A stretch of DNA of 64,000 nucleotides from Eledone cirrhosa (taxonomy: Eukaryota): contig OZ024743.1 of assembly GCA_964016885.1 (NCBI GenBank), positions 365,986,001-366,050,000 of the forward strand, read 5' to 3'. Positions 1-13,890 of this stretch are shown in pieces; position 1 is the first letter of the stretch; the number at the start of each line of letters is the position of its first letter. A program made the position numbers and the translations under genes. The notes beneath the pieces were generated by a model. The model did not search any database. It was given only the letters and a program-made list of their open reading frames with translations, and had not been told where the DNA came from.

Positions 1-220
1 ATATTTTTTAAAGTGAGGAAAGACTGTGCACTGAGCCAATCCCACTCTCTGGGCGACAGTAGCTATAACCCGAAAAGAAGAAAAGATCAACATCATCGGT
101 AACTACTGAGCCGCAGGTTTTATATCGGAGTTAACCCAGTTTTCTGAGTTGCCTTCTCCTAGAAGAATGCCCTAACAAAGGCTAGGGGTCCTTCAGTCCC
201 AGTGGTTTAACCGCGCGGTA
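1..220 (-). mobile_element. Probable RTE-type LINE 5' UTR fragment
   Basis: Minus strand reads ...GGACCCCTAGCCTTTGTTAGGGCATTCTTCTAGGAGAAGGCAACTC...CAGTGCACAGTCTTTCCTCACTTTAAAAA, resembling motifs I recall from RTE 5' UTRs. Recognition only. Confidence 0.3.
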
Positions 221-280
221 CATGTGTATATACATATTTACACACTTTTGGATGGCCGTTGACTCTTATGAGTTCTTCCG

Positions 281-359
281 CATACATACATACATACATA
301 CATACATACATACATACATACATACATACATACATACATACATACATACATACATACAT
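281..359. repeat. (CATA)n microsatellite
   Basis: Perfect CATA tandem. It is followed by GTGGCTGCCAACTCG..., similar to the sequence after the (CATA)n at ~7720, so it is probably a retroposon tail. Confidence 0.95.
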
Positions 360-398
360 GGTGGCTGCCAACTCGTTTTCGAGTACGGCCACTACTTT

Positions 399-598
399 NN
401 NNNNNNNNNNNNNNNNNNNNNNNNNNNNNNNNNNNNNNNNNNNNNNNNNNNNNNNNNNNNNNNNNNNNNNNNNNNNNNNNNNNNNNNNNNNNNNNNNNNN
501 NNNNNNNNNNNNNNNNNNNNNNNNNNNNNNNNNNNNNNNNNNNNNNNNNNNNNNNNNNNNNNNNNNNNNNNNNNNNNNNNNNNNNNNNNNNNNNNNNN
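399..598. other. Assembly gap (200 N)
   Basis: Run of N. Confidence 1.
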
Positions 599-599
599 A

Positions 600-1565
600 C
601 GGCCCTTTTAAGGGCCCTTGAAATAGATGATGGTGACCCTTTCATTTGGGGCTGCCAGTGAACGCGCACACGCATCGGGGCCCATTTTATTGCACCATTC
701 CTCTTTAAATTTGTTAAATTATACCCACAGTTTATTAAACGTTTGTCCAGTTGCGTTTACTTACTAAGGTGCGGTGGACTCCTTGGAGAAGGCTCCACAT
801 GCTGTCCGATTGCACGTCATGCCTTGCTCAAGCATTGCAGACTTCCCTCTGACATAAGTGGTGACATCTGTCCTGCTGACTCATGCCACTTTATTAAAGT
901 ACAAAAGCACCAAGCCGATTTTCTCCACGTGGAAGGAGAAGCATACCTAATACTAATTGCATCAGTGTATTCGGTTTATTTTCCTTACATATCGTCCAGG
1001 CATGCAGTTTTCCCACAATTAGGTCTGTTGGCGGTGCGCGTTATGTTTCAGGGAGTGTTATGCACATAAAAAATTCAACTTTTTGATCCCCTAGAGCCCG
1101 CATTAGGTCAAAAACTGCGTTTGTTCAGCTTTTTAGGGGTATTTTGAGGCGTTACGTCAGACCGATTTCTTTGAAATTGTAACTATGTATTAGTCAGTGT
1201 TTCTTCATACCGTGAGGAAAGAAAATCCAACTTTTTTATGGCCTAGGGCCCACATTAGGTGAAAAACTTCATTTTTTCAGCTTTTTAGGGCTTTTTTTAG
1301 GCGTTACGTCTAGCCGATTTTCCCGAAATTTCAAGGCATATTATGCACATAAAAAGATTCATTTTCTTGATGACCTAGGTATTAGGTTAATACCTGCATT
1401 TTTCCTGCTTCATCGAGGCAAATCTTACAGATTATCCAGCCATCAGAGTATTCGGTTTATTTTCTTTACATATTGTCGAGGCATGCAGTTTTTCCACGAT
1501 TAGGTCTGTTGGCGGCCCGCGTTCCAAAATACCTTATCCTGTGCAACGCCGGGTACCACTGCTAG
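600..1565 (+). mobile_element. Non-autonomous Helitron (3' end clear, 5' boundary unknown)
   Basis: Ends in hairpin CCTGTGCAACGCCGGG (1538-1553) plus CTAG|T at 1562-1565. Internal direct repeats at ~960-1040/~1441-1523 and ~1070-1180/~1225-1330. Confidence 0.65.
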
Positions 1566-1600
1566 TATTATATATATATATATAATATATATATATATTA

Positions 1601-1636
<36 letters not shown>

Positions 1637-1672
1637 ATATATATATATATAATATATATATATATATAATAT

Positions 1673-1715
<43 letters not shown>

Positions 1716-1732
1716 TATATATAATATATATA

Positions 1733-1781
<49 letters not shown>

Positions 1782-1796
1782 TATATAATATATATA

Positions 1797-1845
<49 letters not shown>

Positions 1846-1917
1846 TGTATATATATATATATATATATGTATGTATATATATATATATTGTATATATATA
1901 TATATATATATATATGT

Positions 1918-1956
<39 letters not shown>

Positions 1957-1966
1957 ATATATATAT

Positions 1967-2015
<49 letters not shown>
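1566..2015. repeat. Degenerate (TA)n microsatellite
   Basis: Long TA tandem. Confidence 0.95.
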
Positions 2016-2018
<3 letters not shown>

Positions 2019-2041
2019 TATTTATTAAAATAACAGATTAA

Positions 2042-2092
2042 AGTTTAAGCAAAGAATCGCTGCTTTCACCCTTAACGGGATCTTCTGAAACT
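2042..2092 (-). ncRNA. Type I hammerhead-like motif, CAGAAGA core variant
   Basis: agttt CAGAAGA t-ccc gttaa ggg-t GAAA gcag-cgattct-ttgc TT aaact: stems I, II and III all pair; predicted CUU cleavage triplet. Confidence 0.6.
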
Positions 2093-3029
2093 AACAAAGT
2101 CAATCTGTAAACGCAGAAGTGGATATTTCAAAAAACGTTGCAACCGGAGGAAGACAGGAAGACGATACTTTGGTTCTTGGAAACGTTCCCTGGCAAAGAA
2201 CAGGAAAAAATGAATATAATGCGTCATTAATAGGAGCAGTGAAAAACAATTACGCGCAAAGACAGAACCACGTTTATGGTATAAAAGAGGTCGTAGACTA
2301 ATGTTCTCTTAGGTGGTTCATAGAGACGTTCTCTGGCAATGAACGAAAAAAACGAAGATAATACGTCATATGTGGAACGTGGAGAACAATTGCACGCAAA
2401 GACAAAACCACGTAAATGGTATAGCAGAAGTCGTAGACTAAAATTCTAACAAGGAGACCGAATGAATCTCCGCTTCAGAGTTAAGAACAAAGTAAATAAA
2501 TACAATACAGAAGTAATAGAAATAAATAAATACATACACGCAAACAAATACGTGCATACACAAGCATACGCGAAAACACTTACCATAGGTATACAAAACC
2601 ACGCACATATAAATATGTGTGTGTATGCGTGTATACAAATAATAAATAATTAAATAAATGTATATAAATAAATAAATAAATACGTATATAACAAGCGCAA
2701 ACACATACCTACATGTAAATACACAAATGTTCGGAGACGTAAGTCAACCAAAACATGAAGTACACATAAACACACACCCTACATACATACGAACCCACAT
2801 ACTCACACAGACGCAAAACACCCGTATACACATAACCAAACCATATGTACCAGAATATATAAAATTATACGCCATAACATAAACAATCAAATATACGTAC
2901 GAGAAGGTATACGTACCTTCACAAAACATACGGGTAATATATACTTACCTATGCAAATAAGTAATGGTATAAACAAAACATATACTTAGCTCCCACATCA
3001 AGACGTAAAATATCCACGTATAGATCGTC

Positions 3030-3615
3030 CTATCCGTTAGGGTATAACGTGGGGCTGTAATACAGGAAAGTTTTGTGCAATTTATGTTTACAAGCCGAAA
3101 TTGCCTCAGATTTTTTGTTTAAGATGTGGTCTGTGGCGTAGAGTATTTCCAGGGCCTCAGCGGCGCAGAGGTCACATGGTCTTTTATTTCCGTTATACGA
3201 TCTAGCCCTAGCTAGGATCTCCCAGTGTAACTTATATTGGGTGTGGTTGTCTTTTAGACTCCAGATATAAGCTGAAAGTGACGTCATATTCCTTCTTAGA
3301 GGGTAACGAAAAGAATGGGTATGCAAGTAAAGACGCTGCTTGAATCTATTGGCGGTTAACCCTATGTAGGCCCTACGGGACGTGGGTGTTTCAACCTTAC
3401 ATTTGTAGACAATGTTACTAGAGAGGCATTTCCCGGATAGGGGGCAATCAACCCGATTCCTACAATTACAGTTAGTACTAACTACAGGGTTGCACGTGTT
3501 CCTACGGCTAGGTAGTTTAGCTAAATTTGAAGCTGTGATGTTATGTGCAAGGTTAGGAGTCGTAGAGTAAAAAATTTTAATAGTATTTCTATTAAAAATG
3601 TTACTATATTTATGT
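3030..3615 (-). CDS. PLE C-terminus: Cys linker plus GIY-YIG endonuclease (partial)
   Basis: CNCRNRVDCPLSGKCL...IVYKC...AYIGLT...FKQRLYLH...CDLCAAE...SEAISACKH. The N-terminal MNAKNEDNT of the ORF track comes from the inverted-repeat junction. Confidence 0.9.
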
Positions 3616-3887
3616 GTATTATCTTCGTTTTTTGCGTTCATTGCCAGAGAACGTCTCTATGAACCACCTAAGAGAACATTAGTCTACGACCTCTTTTATA
3701 CCATAAACGTGGTTCTGTCTTTGCGCGTAATTGGTTTTCACCGCTCCTATTAATGACGTATTATATTCATTTTTTCCCGTTCTTTGCCAGCGAACGTTTC
3801 CAAGAACCAAAGTATCGTCTTCCTGTCTTCCTCCGGTTGCAACGTTCTTTGAAATATCCACTTCTGCGTTTACAGATTGACTTTGTT

Positions 3888-3938
3888 AGTTTCAGAAGAT
3901 CCCGTTAAGGATGAAAGCAGCGATTCTTTGCTTAAACT
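3888..3938 (+). ncRNA. Type I hammerhead-like motif, CAGAAGA core variant
   Basis: Inverted copy of 2042-2092 with one stem II substitution. Confidence 0.55.
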
Positions 3939-4048
3939 TTAATCTGTTATTTTAATAAATATTTGCTCTACGGTTCTTATATATTTGATATATATTTATC
4001 CTTATCGAGCCCTCTTTGGATTTTTGTCTTCAAATTTATTATTATTAC

Positions 4049-4129
<81 letters not shown>

Positions 4130-4359
4130 CAAGTCTAGCAAATAGAGAAAAAGTTTTAAAATAAATTCTAAAAAATTCGCTGTACTTACTATATGTGCCT
4201 TTACCGCGGTTTCTTGCTCCAGAATAAACGGAAAATCCAAGCGGATTTTCATTGAGAAGGGATCAATCTTCAGAAGGCTCTTCTCCCTCGGAGAATATAA
4301 AATTCCTGAGTTCAAATCACAAACTGACGCCATACAAAACCATTCCCAAATGAGAGAGG

Positions 4360-4983
4360 ATGATGAAAGAAATAATTCTGTCTGGTGCCATGTGCATCTT
4401 CAATGGAAAGAATTACATCCACATTAGAGGTACAGTGATGGGAACGAAGTTTGCTCCCGTTCACGCGAACTCTGTAATGGGATACTTAGAACAACAACTC
4501 TACCAAGAAATAAAGGAAAAATATAACACTCACTTTAGAAAGTACATTGAAAAATCTTGGAAGAGATACCTTGACGACTGTTTCATCATCTGGACAGAAT
4601 CTCTAGATACTCTGGATGAGTGTAATATCCTCCTGAATAACCTACACCCATCTCTCCAATTCACAAAAGAGATGAGTAGTACCAAATTACCATTCCTAGA
4701 TATAATGGTAATCAAAAACAACACAACCATTACCACGGATATATATTATAAACACACAGACACCTATCAATATCTGAATTTTAAGTCGTCTCATCCACCT
4801 CATACAAAACGCAACATCCCATACTGCCTAGCCAGAAGAATTTGTACCATTGTAAAAGATACGAATACCAGGAACAAACGCCTAACAGAACTGAGAGAAT
4901 TTTTGCTCAAACAAAAATACCCATCTCTACTTATAGAAAATGGTATACAGCGGGCTATAAAAATACTTAGGACAACAACTTAG
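4360..4983 (+). pseudogene. PLE reverse transcriptase fragment
   Basis: YLDD catalytic motif and PLE-type thumb motifs. Confidence 0.9.
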
Positions 4984-5029
4984 GACATCCCAAGGAAGAA
5001 GAAACCAAGAACTGGTCATACCATTTATA

Positions 5030-5614
5030 ATGACACACAACCCATGTCACCAGAATATCTTCAACACTGCCAAAGCAAACCTACCGATCATTGCTCAAAG
5101 TAATGAATTAAAAGGCTTAATCACAAACCGATCTTTGACTCTTAGTAAAAGACAGCCGAAAAATTTGAAGCAATTACTAACAAAAGCAAAGTTTGACCTT
5201 AACAACAAAGACCAATCATTCACTGTATCTAAATGCAATGATAGTCGATGTGGCACATGTCAATCCATATACACTGGTCAATATATGAACACAAAAACTG
5301 GAAAAATATTCCCAAATGCAAATATGAACTGCAAAAGCAGAAATCCAATTTACTGCATTAAATGCCCGAATTGTGAAGAACTATATGTCGGTCAAACTGG
5401 AAATGCACTATCGGAACGTGCACGGGTGCACCGACAGCAAATCAGAAACCCAAATGCCCGTCAGATACCCCTGAGTAACCATCTAGCAACATGTAGTCAG
5501 AGAATATTTATAATATTTCCATTCTACAAATTACACAGCTCAAGTAAAATCAAGAGAAAAATCAAAGAAAAGAATTTTATTGATAAATTCCAACCCAAGC
5601 TAAATGAACAATAA
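5030..5614 (+). pseudogene. PLE GIY-YIG endonuclease fragment
   Basis: PIYCIKC...LYVGQTGNALSERARVH; ends FQPKLN. Confidence 0.88.
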
Positions 5615-5984
5615 TAATGGGATATTACTCCTACTATGATTACGACCATGTCGACTACCACCACTAACAACAACAACAACAATAATAATAATAAAAGTGA
5701 TGTTGATGGTGATGATTACTAGAAAATGCTATTTTCAACATTTCTAAAAATAGCAAAACAATTGATGCTTTGGATAGGGTAAAATAGAAGTCCTTAGACA
5801 TGCTCAACCAACCGTGACGCGTAAACCAATCAGCTTTAGTAATCCAGTGAAACCACACACCGATTGGTCGAAATACAGTTTGCAAAATTAGCATTCTGTT
5901 GCCACTTTTCACTGAATATAAGGCACAAAATTTGCCCATCTCATTACAGTTGAAAATTGCAAACTTGACTGTCACCACAGAATC

Positions 5985-6023
5985 TGAACCTGAAGATTGC
6001 GAAAGCATGAAAGTACTTGTTCA
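5985..6023 (+). ncRNA. Minimal type I hammerhead ribozyme in PLE pLTR
   Basis: tgaac CTGAAGA t-tgc gaaa gca-t GAAA GTAC TT gttca: 5-bp stem I, GAAA-capped stem II, palindromic stem III, CUU site. Confidence 0.8.
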
Positions 6024-6171
6024 ATTAACACTTAACATTTAATATTCTACCATACTATTTCATTATAATATCATAATTTTAAAGGATTGTAAATAAAACG
6101 AGTAAATCAGACAAAGTTGGAATTCCTTTTATTAATATAATCTTCTATACACAATCATACACACCCGTGTA

Positions 6172-6402
<231 letters not shown>

Positions 6403-6547
6403 GATAAATCTGCCAAAATATACGGTAGTGTCCAATCCGTATGAAGAACTATATGTAATCCAAATATCATGAAAAGAGCAGATGCATTCAAAAATTTTCG
6501 ATGAAAATCACAGGAAAACAGAGTCAAGGTAAATTAATAAAAACAAT

Positions 6548-6821
6548 GAATAAAAACAAAGAACAAGTTCCTTATATTAAAAAATTCATCATTTTACGAT
6601 CGTTTCAAGGATATATATGTGTGTTGGTATGTATATCATATAGATCTATGTAAAATTCTGAAGACAGCATATATATGTGAAGGTATGTATATTTCCTCTG
6701 ATAGTTTGTAAAATTTTTACATAGATCTATATGATATACATACCAACTCACATATATATCCTAGAAACGATCGTAAAATGATGATTTTTTTAATATAAGG
6801 AACTTGTTCTTTGTTTTTATT
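6548..6821. repeat. Fold-back inverted repeat, PLE pLTR-like
   Basis: Arms ~6548-6654 and ~6713-6821. Contains GAAACGATCGTA, a palindromic hammerhead stem III. Ends in (TA)n. Confidence 0.8.
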
Positions 6822-6840
6822 AATTTATATATATATATAT

Positions 6841-7087
6841 ATATTTATTAAAATAACAGATTAAAGTTTAAGCAAAGAATCGCTGCTTTCACCCTTAACG
6901 GGATCTTCTGAAAGTAGTTAGTTCTGGTTAGTTTCAGAAGATCCCGTTAAGGGTGAAAGCAGCGATTCTTTGCTTAAACTTTAATCTGTTATTTTAATAA
7001 ATATTTGCTCTGAGGTTCTTATATATTTGATATATATTTATCCTTATCAAGCCCTCTTTGGATTTTAGTCTTCAAATTTATTATTAT

Positions 7088-7092
<5 letters not shown>
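6841..7092. mobile_element. Fold-back mini-PLE of the 2020-4052 family
   Basis: Arms 6841-6916 and 6929-7004, each carrying the CAGAAGA hammerhead; same ~90-nt tail as 3964-4052; flanked by (TA)n. Confidence 0.85.
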
Positions 7093-7142
<50 letters not shown>

Positions 7143-7143
<1 letters not shown>

Positions 7144-7440
7144 AAGGCGGGTAAAATTCCCGAGATCCATGGACGAGTTCTCTCCAGCGGTCTCTGTCCC
7201 TCATTATCGCTGCCATATCCTGCATCTCCACAGACCAGTCTCTGTCCTTAGGGCATCAACATATGTTAACCTTGGTCTTCCTCTTCTAGTGTGTCCATGT
7301 AGGGGCTCCCAAAGGAGCACTGAGTGCAATGTCAACTCTGGATGTCGGTGAGCATGTCCAGCCAACCTCAGTCTCCTCTGTGTCACTTTTGAGCTGACTT
7401 TTGGGATGCTCCCATACAGCTCTGAGTTTTTCATCCTCAT
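7143..7440 (-). mobile_element. RTE LINE 3' fragment
   Basis: [29 protein letters not shown]...LLWEP...[13 protein letters not shown]. Confidence 0.85.
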
Positions 7441-7720
<280 letters not shown>

Positions 7721-7932
7721 GTGATGGCTGCCCCCTCGTATCGAGTATGGTCATTGCACGAAAACAAACAAACAAAACATAATAATAACAATAACGACAA
7801 TAATAATAATAATAGTAATTTTATTTTTAAATAATATATATATATACACACACACATATACACATATACATATACATACACACATACACACACTCACACA
7901 CACACACGCACACACACACACACAAACCCCCC

Positions 7933-9120
7933 TCATACGGTGCTTCGATCGAATGTGGCTTTTTCACCCAAACAATGATCTAAATTCTCTTGCACAGAGT
8001 TGGCAACCATGATAAAAACATTCACTGGCAGTAGCCGGCTGTGGTTGGTGTTCATGTACTTTTGCATGTCGTTTGAGCCCTCCTGTGATCTACACTCTTT
8101 TCCACATGCTTGAGTAGCATCTCCGACAGCAGCCTGGTAGTCAACCACTGGTCTCACGTTATGACTGCGAAGATGACTTTTGAGTCCAGCTTTGCTTACA
8201 CAGACGCTGCATGTCCGCACCATAGGAAGACCTTCGCTGTCTGGAAATTCAACAGCAATGCCTTTCCTCACATCCCCTTTTACTTTCTCGTATGCGATTC
8301 GAGATGCCTCAAAGGCAACTTTCCCCTCATATACAGTCTTTCTCCATTTATTACGATCAGCAGCCTCGCTTTCCCATGTATCAGCAGAGATGTTAGCGTC
8401 TTTCAAAGAGGTTTTCAACGAATCCTTATACTTCTTTTTTGGTTAATGTGGAGGTCGTTTTCCTTTAACTAACTCTCCATAAAAGAGTTGTTTCGGTATT
8501 CTAGAATCCTCATCCTGGCAAGGTGACCACTCCATCAGAGTCTTTGCATAAGCACAAGAGCTTCTATACTTTCACACAGAGAGCTTTCCAAAATTTCTAC
8601 ATTACTGATGTGGTCCCTCCAATGAACGCCATGGATCCGTCTGAGACACATCTGATGGAAACGCTCCTATTGTTTAAGGTGGTGTCGATATGTAACCCAG
8701 GTCTCGCAGGCATAAAGAAGAGAAGAAAGTACACATGCCTTGTACACCTTTACCTTTGTCTTCTTGCATATGTCTCGCCGACGCCAGAGGCGCCTTTCTA
8801 GCTTTCCGAAATCATCACTTGCTTTCCTAATCCTGAGTGGAATTTCATTACCAAGATTGCTGTATCGATTGACAGTGCTTCCCAGGTAGACAAACTGATC
8901 AACCACTCCAAGTTGTTTACCATACACATAGATATATGGTTCACTGTACTGCTTACCAGGGGCAGATTGGTACATCACGACGGTCTTCTTGAGACTTACA
9001 GTCAATCCTAGGGTAGTGCAAGCATCAGAAAATGCATTCAAAATATGCTACATATCACTCTCTGTGTGCGCTACAAGATCGCAATCATCTGCATACAAGA
9101 GGTCTCTTATGATTGATGTA
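7933..9120 (-). mobile_element. Degenerate RTE (BovB-like) LINE: RT C-half plus C-terminal C2H2 fingers
   Basis: FSDACTTLGLTVSLKKT, VVDQFVYLGS, TKVKVYKACVLSSLLYACETW, WESEAADRNKWR, SKAGLKSHLRSH; frameshifted. Confidence 0.88.
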
Positions 9121-9124
9121 AATC

Positions 9125-9177
9125 ATACATACATACATACATACATACATACATACATACATACATACATACATACA

Positions 9178-9207
<30 letters not shown>
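9125..9207. repeat. (CATA)n microsatellite
   Basis: Direct. Confidence 0.95.
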
Positions 9208-9208
<1 letters not shown>

Positions 9209-9209
9209 G

Positions 9210-12200
9210 AAATATTACGTGTTATTGACGAAATAGGGGATGAATATTTACGACGGATAAAAACCCCAACATTTTGGCAAATCAACGCCTGTTTATATGC
9301 CTTAGCAATGACAGTGAAGCATTATCTTGGTGATAGCAGAGAAATTAACAAGAACAAAACACCTCCAAAAATACCATCATATATAACTAAAATAGAAAAA
9401 AAGATTGCTGACCTACGAAAAACCATAGGATATGTGACAATGCTCCTTACTTGCAAACAAACAGGAAAAAACCTCACTCCTCACCAACAAAGAGTGAAAA
9501 ATAAAATAGAGACGATGTTTGGTAACAGTAGAACCAGAACTCTTCAATATAAGCTGATCACCCTCAAACAAGAATTGAGAGCTGTTAGCGAAAAACGCCG
9601 ATACCTGAAGAAGGTAGATGAAAGAAAAGTGCTTAATAAAAGATTCAGACGAAACCAAACATCAGTCTATAGAGATATGAAGGGCAAAATAATAAATGTC
9701 ACTGAGGCCCCATCCCAGAAAGACATAGATTCCTTTGGGAGAAAAATATGGGGTGAAAAGAAGAATTTCAACCAATATGCAGTGTAGCTGAAAGAAATCC
9801 GAAAGAACTATTGCTCCTACACTACAACAAAAACATACGAAATAAGTGAGGGTACCCTTCAGACTGTGCTAGGAAAACTCCAAGATAAGAAAACACCAGG
9901 AAGAGACATGATTGTCGGCTACTGGTACAAAAAACTGATATTCTATCGGAGGTATCTTACTGACCTCTACCAACAAGTTCTTAAGGGAGATACACTTATA
10001 CCAGAATGGTTGACATTAGCACAAACATTACTGGTCCCCAAGAACAGAGACACCCACTTCGCAACAAACTACCGATCCATTGCATGCCAGAACCTGATGT
10101 ATAAGATGTATACAGCCTGCCTGAACTTATTCCTCCAAGATCACTTTGAAAATAAAACATCATCACAGATGAACAAGCAGTTGGAAAGAAATGGGTTTGG
10201 GGATGTGCTGAACAACTCCTAATCAACAGAACTGCGATGTCGGAGGTGCGACAACTTAGGAGGAATATGGCTACACTCTGGCTGGACTATAGGAAAGCTT
10301 TCGATTCTGTTCCCCACTCTTGGATGATAGAGGCCCTCCAACTTGCTAAAGTCCCAGACATTATTATCAGAGCCATAGGAAGCTGTCTTCTTCTTGGGCT
10401 ACTATCCTAAAGTTAAATACAGAGAAGGAGGACTCTATTTTCACTGATAAAATAAAATATCGCTGGGGTATATTTTAGGGAGACAGTCTCTCTGTGATAT
10501 TATTCATCCTGTCATTAAATCCCTTGTCCTTTCTGCTCAAGAAATGTGAAGGATACATCATTGGCTCACAAGAGGACAGGAATACGAACCTAACCCATAA
10601 TTTCTTTGTGGATGATCTGAAACTCTATGCCAAGGACATGGATGGAATGAAGAAAAATCTTGACCTGGTTACAACGTTCTCAAAGGATATAGGAATGGAG
10701 TTTGGCCAAGATAAATGCTCATATATGACTGCAAAGCGGAGAAAAACAACAACCCAATCTAACAACATTGTCATCAATGGCCTAACTGTTTCACCGATAT
10801 CTGATGAGGACTGCTACAGATACCTGGGGATAGATGAGAACGCGTAACCAGGGAATACTACATCCGATTAAGAAATATATGGTCATCGGAACTCTCTGCG
10901 CAAAACATAACAGTGGCTTACAATGTGTTTGCTGTGTCTGTCCTTTGGAATACTCAATTGGGCGATAGACGAAATCCGAGCAGTTGATGTTAGAACTCGA
11001 AAAATACTAAACAACACCGGAAACTTCCACATCAACAGTGACATAGAACGCCTTTACTTGAAACGTAAGCAGGGAGGCAGAGGCCTAACATTAGTCCAGA
11101 CAACATTTGAATGTCGCATCATATCTCTCCGACAACATCTACGAACCTCGAAACGTAGGAGCCCGTCTCTTGAGCAAGTCTATCTGCATGAAACAGATAA
11201 GATCATGAGAGTTGTGAAGGAACTCCTCGAGAGATATTTCCTGTGTGATATTCAAAACTCACACCCAGGGAAGTCGCTCAGCAGTATCGCAGTGAATCCC
11301 TGGATGAAAAACTGCATGCTTATCAGCAAAAAATCATGCATGGATATGTTGCCAGGAAGCTCCATTGTGAGAGTAATATGAATAAGGAAAGTAGTCTATC
11401 TTGGACCAACAACCGCTATATTGGCTCCCACTTTGAAGGATACGCTTTTGCAATCCAAGAACAGGAAATTAAGACAAAATATCTGATTCACAAAAGAGAT
11501 AGGTATGCAGGCAAAACACCTAGATGTGATAACAAGTGCAGACTCTGCAGAATTAACATCGAAAATGTCACCCATGTCATCAGCAGCTGTCCAAAGATGT
11601 CATCGCGGTACTATCCACCTATGAGCATCATGTAGTCGCCAAAACACTGTACAATGCAATCCGTAGAAAAGATATTCCCGACAATAAACACATTAAAAGC
11701 TACACCAATGTGGAAGATATAGATATACATAATATGAAAGAATAGTGGTGGAATGATCCAGTAAAACCCCCAATAAAATGCAGGCATAACAGACCAGATA
11801 TTATGATATGGGACAGGGAAAATAAAGCATGCACAGAAGTGGAAGTTAGCTGCCCAGCAGATGCCAATATAATATCAAAGATTAGCTAAACGGAGAATAT
11901 TTATGCAGAACTGATGAGAAATCTTCAGATACTCCACCCTGATTACATCTTCAGATTTATGCCTGTGATCATTGGGGCACTGGGATATGTTAGTAACTGC
12001 CTCAATACAAATCTTGAGAAGCTAGGCTTCACAGGAACAGAAAGAACACAACTAGTTAGGAAATTACAAGTACAATCCATTAATGGAACATTCCAAAACA
12101 TTCCAAACATTTTGCATCTAATAACTGCATATACACATGTACAGATACAAAGTATATGCACATGCACACATATAACTCAAAACATACACATCCACACATA

Positions 12201-12330
12201 CAACAACATCCATATCTACACATGCATGGATACATACATAATCTACTTAGTTGATGTTGAGTAAATTCCAATGAGAGAGTCTTGTGTCTATGTTAGAAAC
12301 CGACTCTTTCTCTGTTGGTAAAAATATATA
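9210..12330 (+). mobile_element. Degenerate R4/Dong-clade non-LTR retrotransposon (RT, CCHC, restriction-like endonuclease)
   Basis: Fragments PGRDMIVGYWYK, NYRSIACQN, WLDYRKAFDSVPHSW, FFVDDLKLYAK, CRLCR...HVISSC, HNRPDIMIWD, PVIIGALG; many stops and frameshifts. Confidence 0.88.
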
Positions 12331-13504
12331 AACGTATATGATTTCATATTGTTCAATTGCAGTTTGCAAACGACAGCTATTTAGTAACAGACTTCAATGT
12401 GAGAAGTCATAAGAAGCACGTAGACTGCAACAGTTGTGTCAGTTATATGGCAAACATATGGCATGAAAACAGGAAACAAGTGTATTAGTTGTAGAAAATA
12501 ACTACCAATGCTCAACAGAATGACATAAACAATATAATTTACATGAATTAGCGGAGACATTTGAGCGACAGATATAAAACATTACAGTAGTCGTTTCGAC
12601 TTCCTATACTCTGAATTGAAATTCCTCATGGGTTAACGCTGCATTTTATCTATCGTGGTCGATAAATAAAGTATCAGTCGATTATTAAGAATAATTCTTT
12701 CTTTCCTTCTCTCTAAATATATATTGTGCAAAAGTGTTTATTAAGACAGCTCCGCCTTTCTATTTTTTTACATAAGGTAAAATATATGATCCTCTAGATT
12801 ATCTTCGATGTAATGAACATTCAAAAATGGCTGACTCATCTGTGTATGTATAACTGTGTTTATTTACACTGGTCAAGCAGCCAGTGTGTCCCTTTAATTC
12901 CTGTAACGTAGCTAATTAAAAACTAGGATCGATAAAATTAGTGGATGAGTGTAATAGAATCTAGTAAACCCTTAGAGGCCGTGCCCAACCTGACTATAAT
13001 CCAATGACTGAAACCAGTAAATGAATAAGAAATATATATAAGGTGAGATAGGGGTAGAAAAAAGAAAGAAGTTTTTTTGTTCCCTCCCAAGTGTAGTAGA
13101 CGTTTTAGGTCACCAACTACATAGTTTTCGCAAACAACTTTCGTTGTAATGTTCCAAATTCTCTTCTTACAGTAGATAAATAAATAAATAAATAAAGCAT
13201 ACAAAGAAATGATTTTCGGCCATTTCATAGATTATTACAAAACATTGCTGACTGATCATAATTAACATTCATATAACCAATAACAATGCCAATATCACAC
13301 ACCTCTTCGACTCCCGATTGTTTCTACCCCCACCATGCCCAAACAAAAGGCCTTCCTCTCTTGCCCCTTTCCAATTTTTGCATTTAGCCAGCACTTCGCT
13401 TTTTAAACTGTCCAACCTCCTCTTTCTCCTAATTTTACTCTTTCCTGCTAAAGGACTAGCCTCCTATACGTTGAGACATCCCTTTTCCAGTAAACGTAAA
13501 ACTA

Positions 13505-13890
<386 letters not shown>

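Larger units (their letters stand above)
2020..4052 (-). mobile_element. 5'-truncated Penelope-like element with inverted pseudo-LTRs
   Basis: GIY-YIG ORF on the minus strand. 2020-2364 is the reverse complement of 3616-3963; the plus-strand arm has an extra ~90-nt tail. Both ends are in (TA)n. Confidence 0.9.
4340..6130 (+). mobile_element. Penelope-like element (RT C-half, GIY-YIG, 3' pLTR), disrupted
   Basis: ORF 4360-4983 has GTVMGTKFAP, RYLDDCFIIW, LPFLDI, YLNFKSSHP. ORF 5030-5614 has CNDSRCGTC, IYCIKCPNC, YVGQTG. A stop/frame change separates them. Hammerhead in the 3' region. Confidence 0.9.

Noticed and set aside
2119-3861. Duplicated 60-aa ORF MDISKNVATGG...
   Set aside because: Antisense reading of the inverted pLTRs, GTG start, no protein features.
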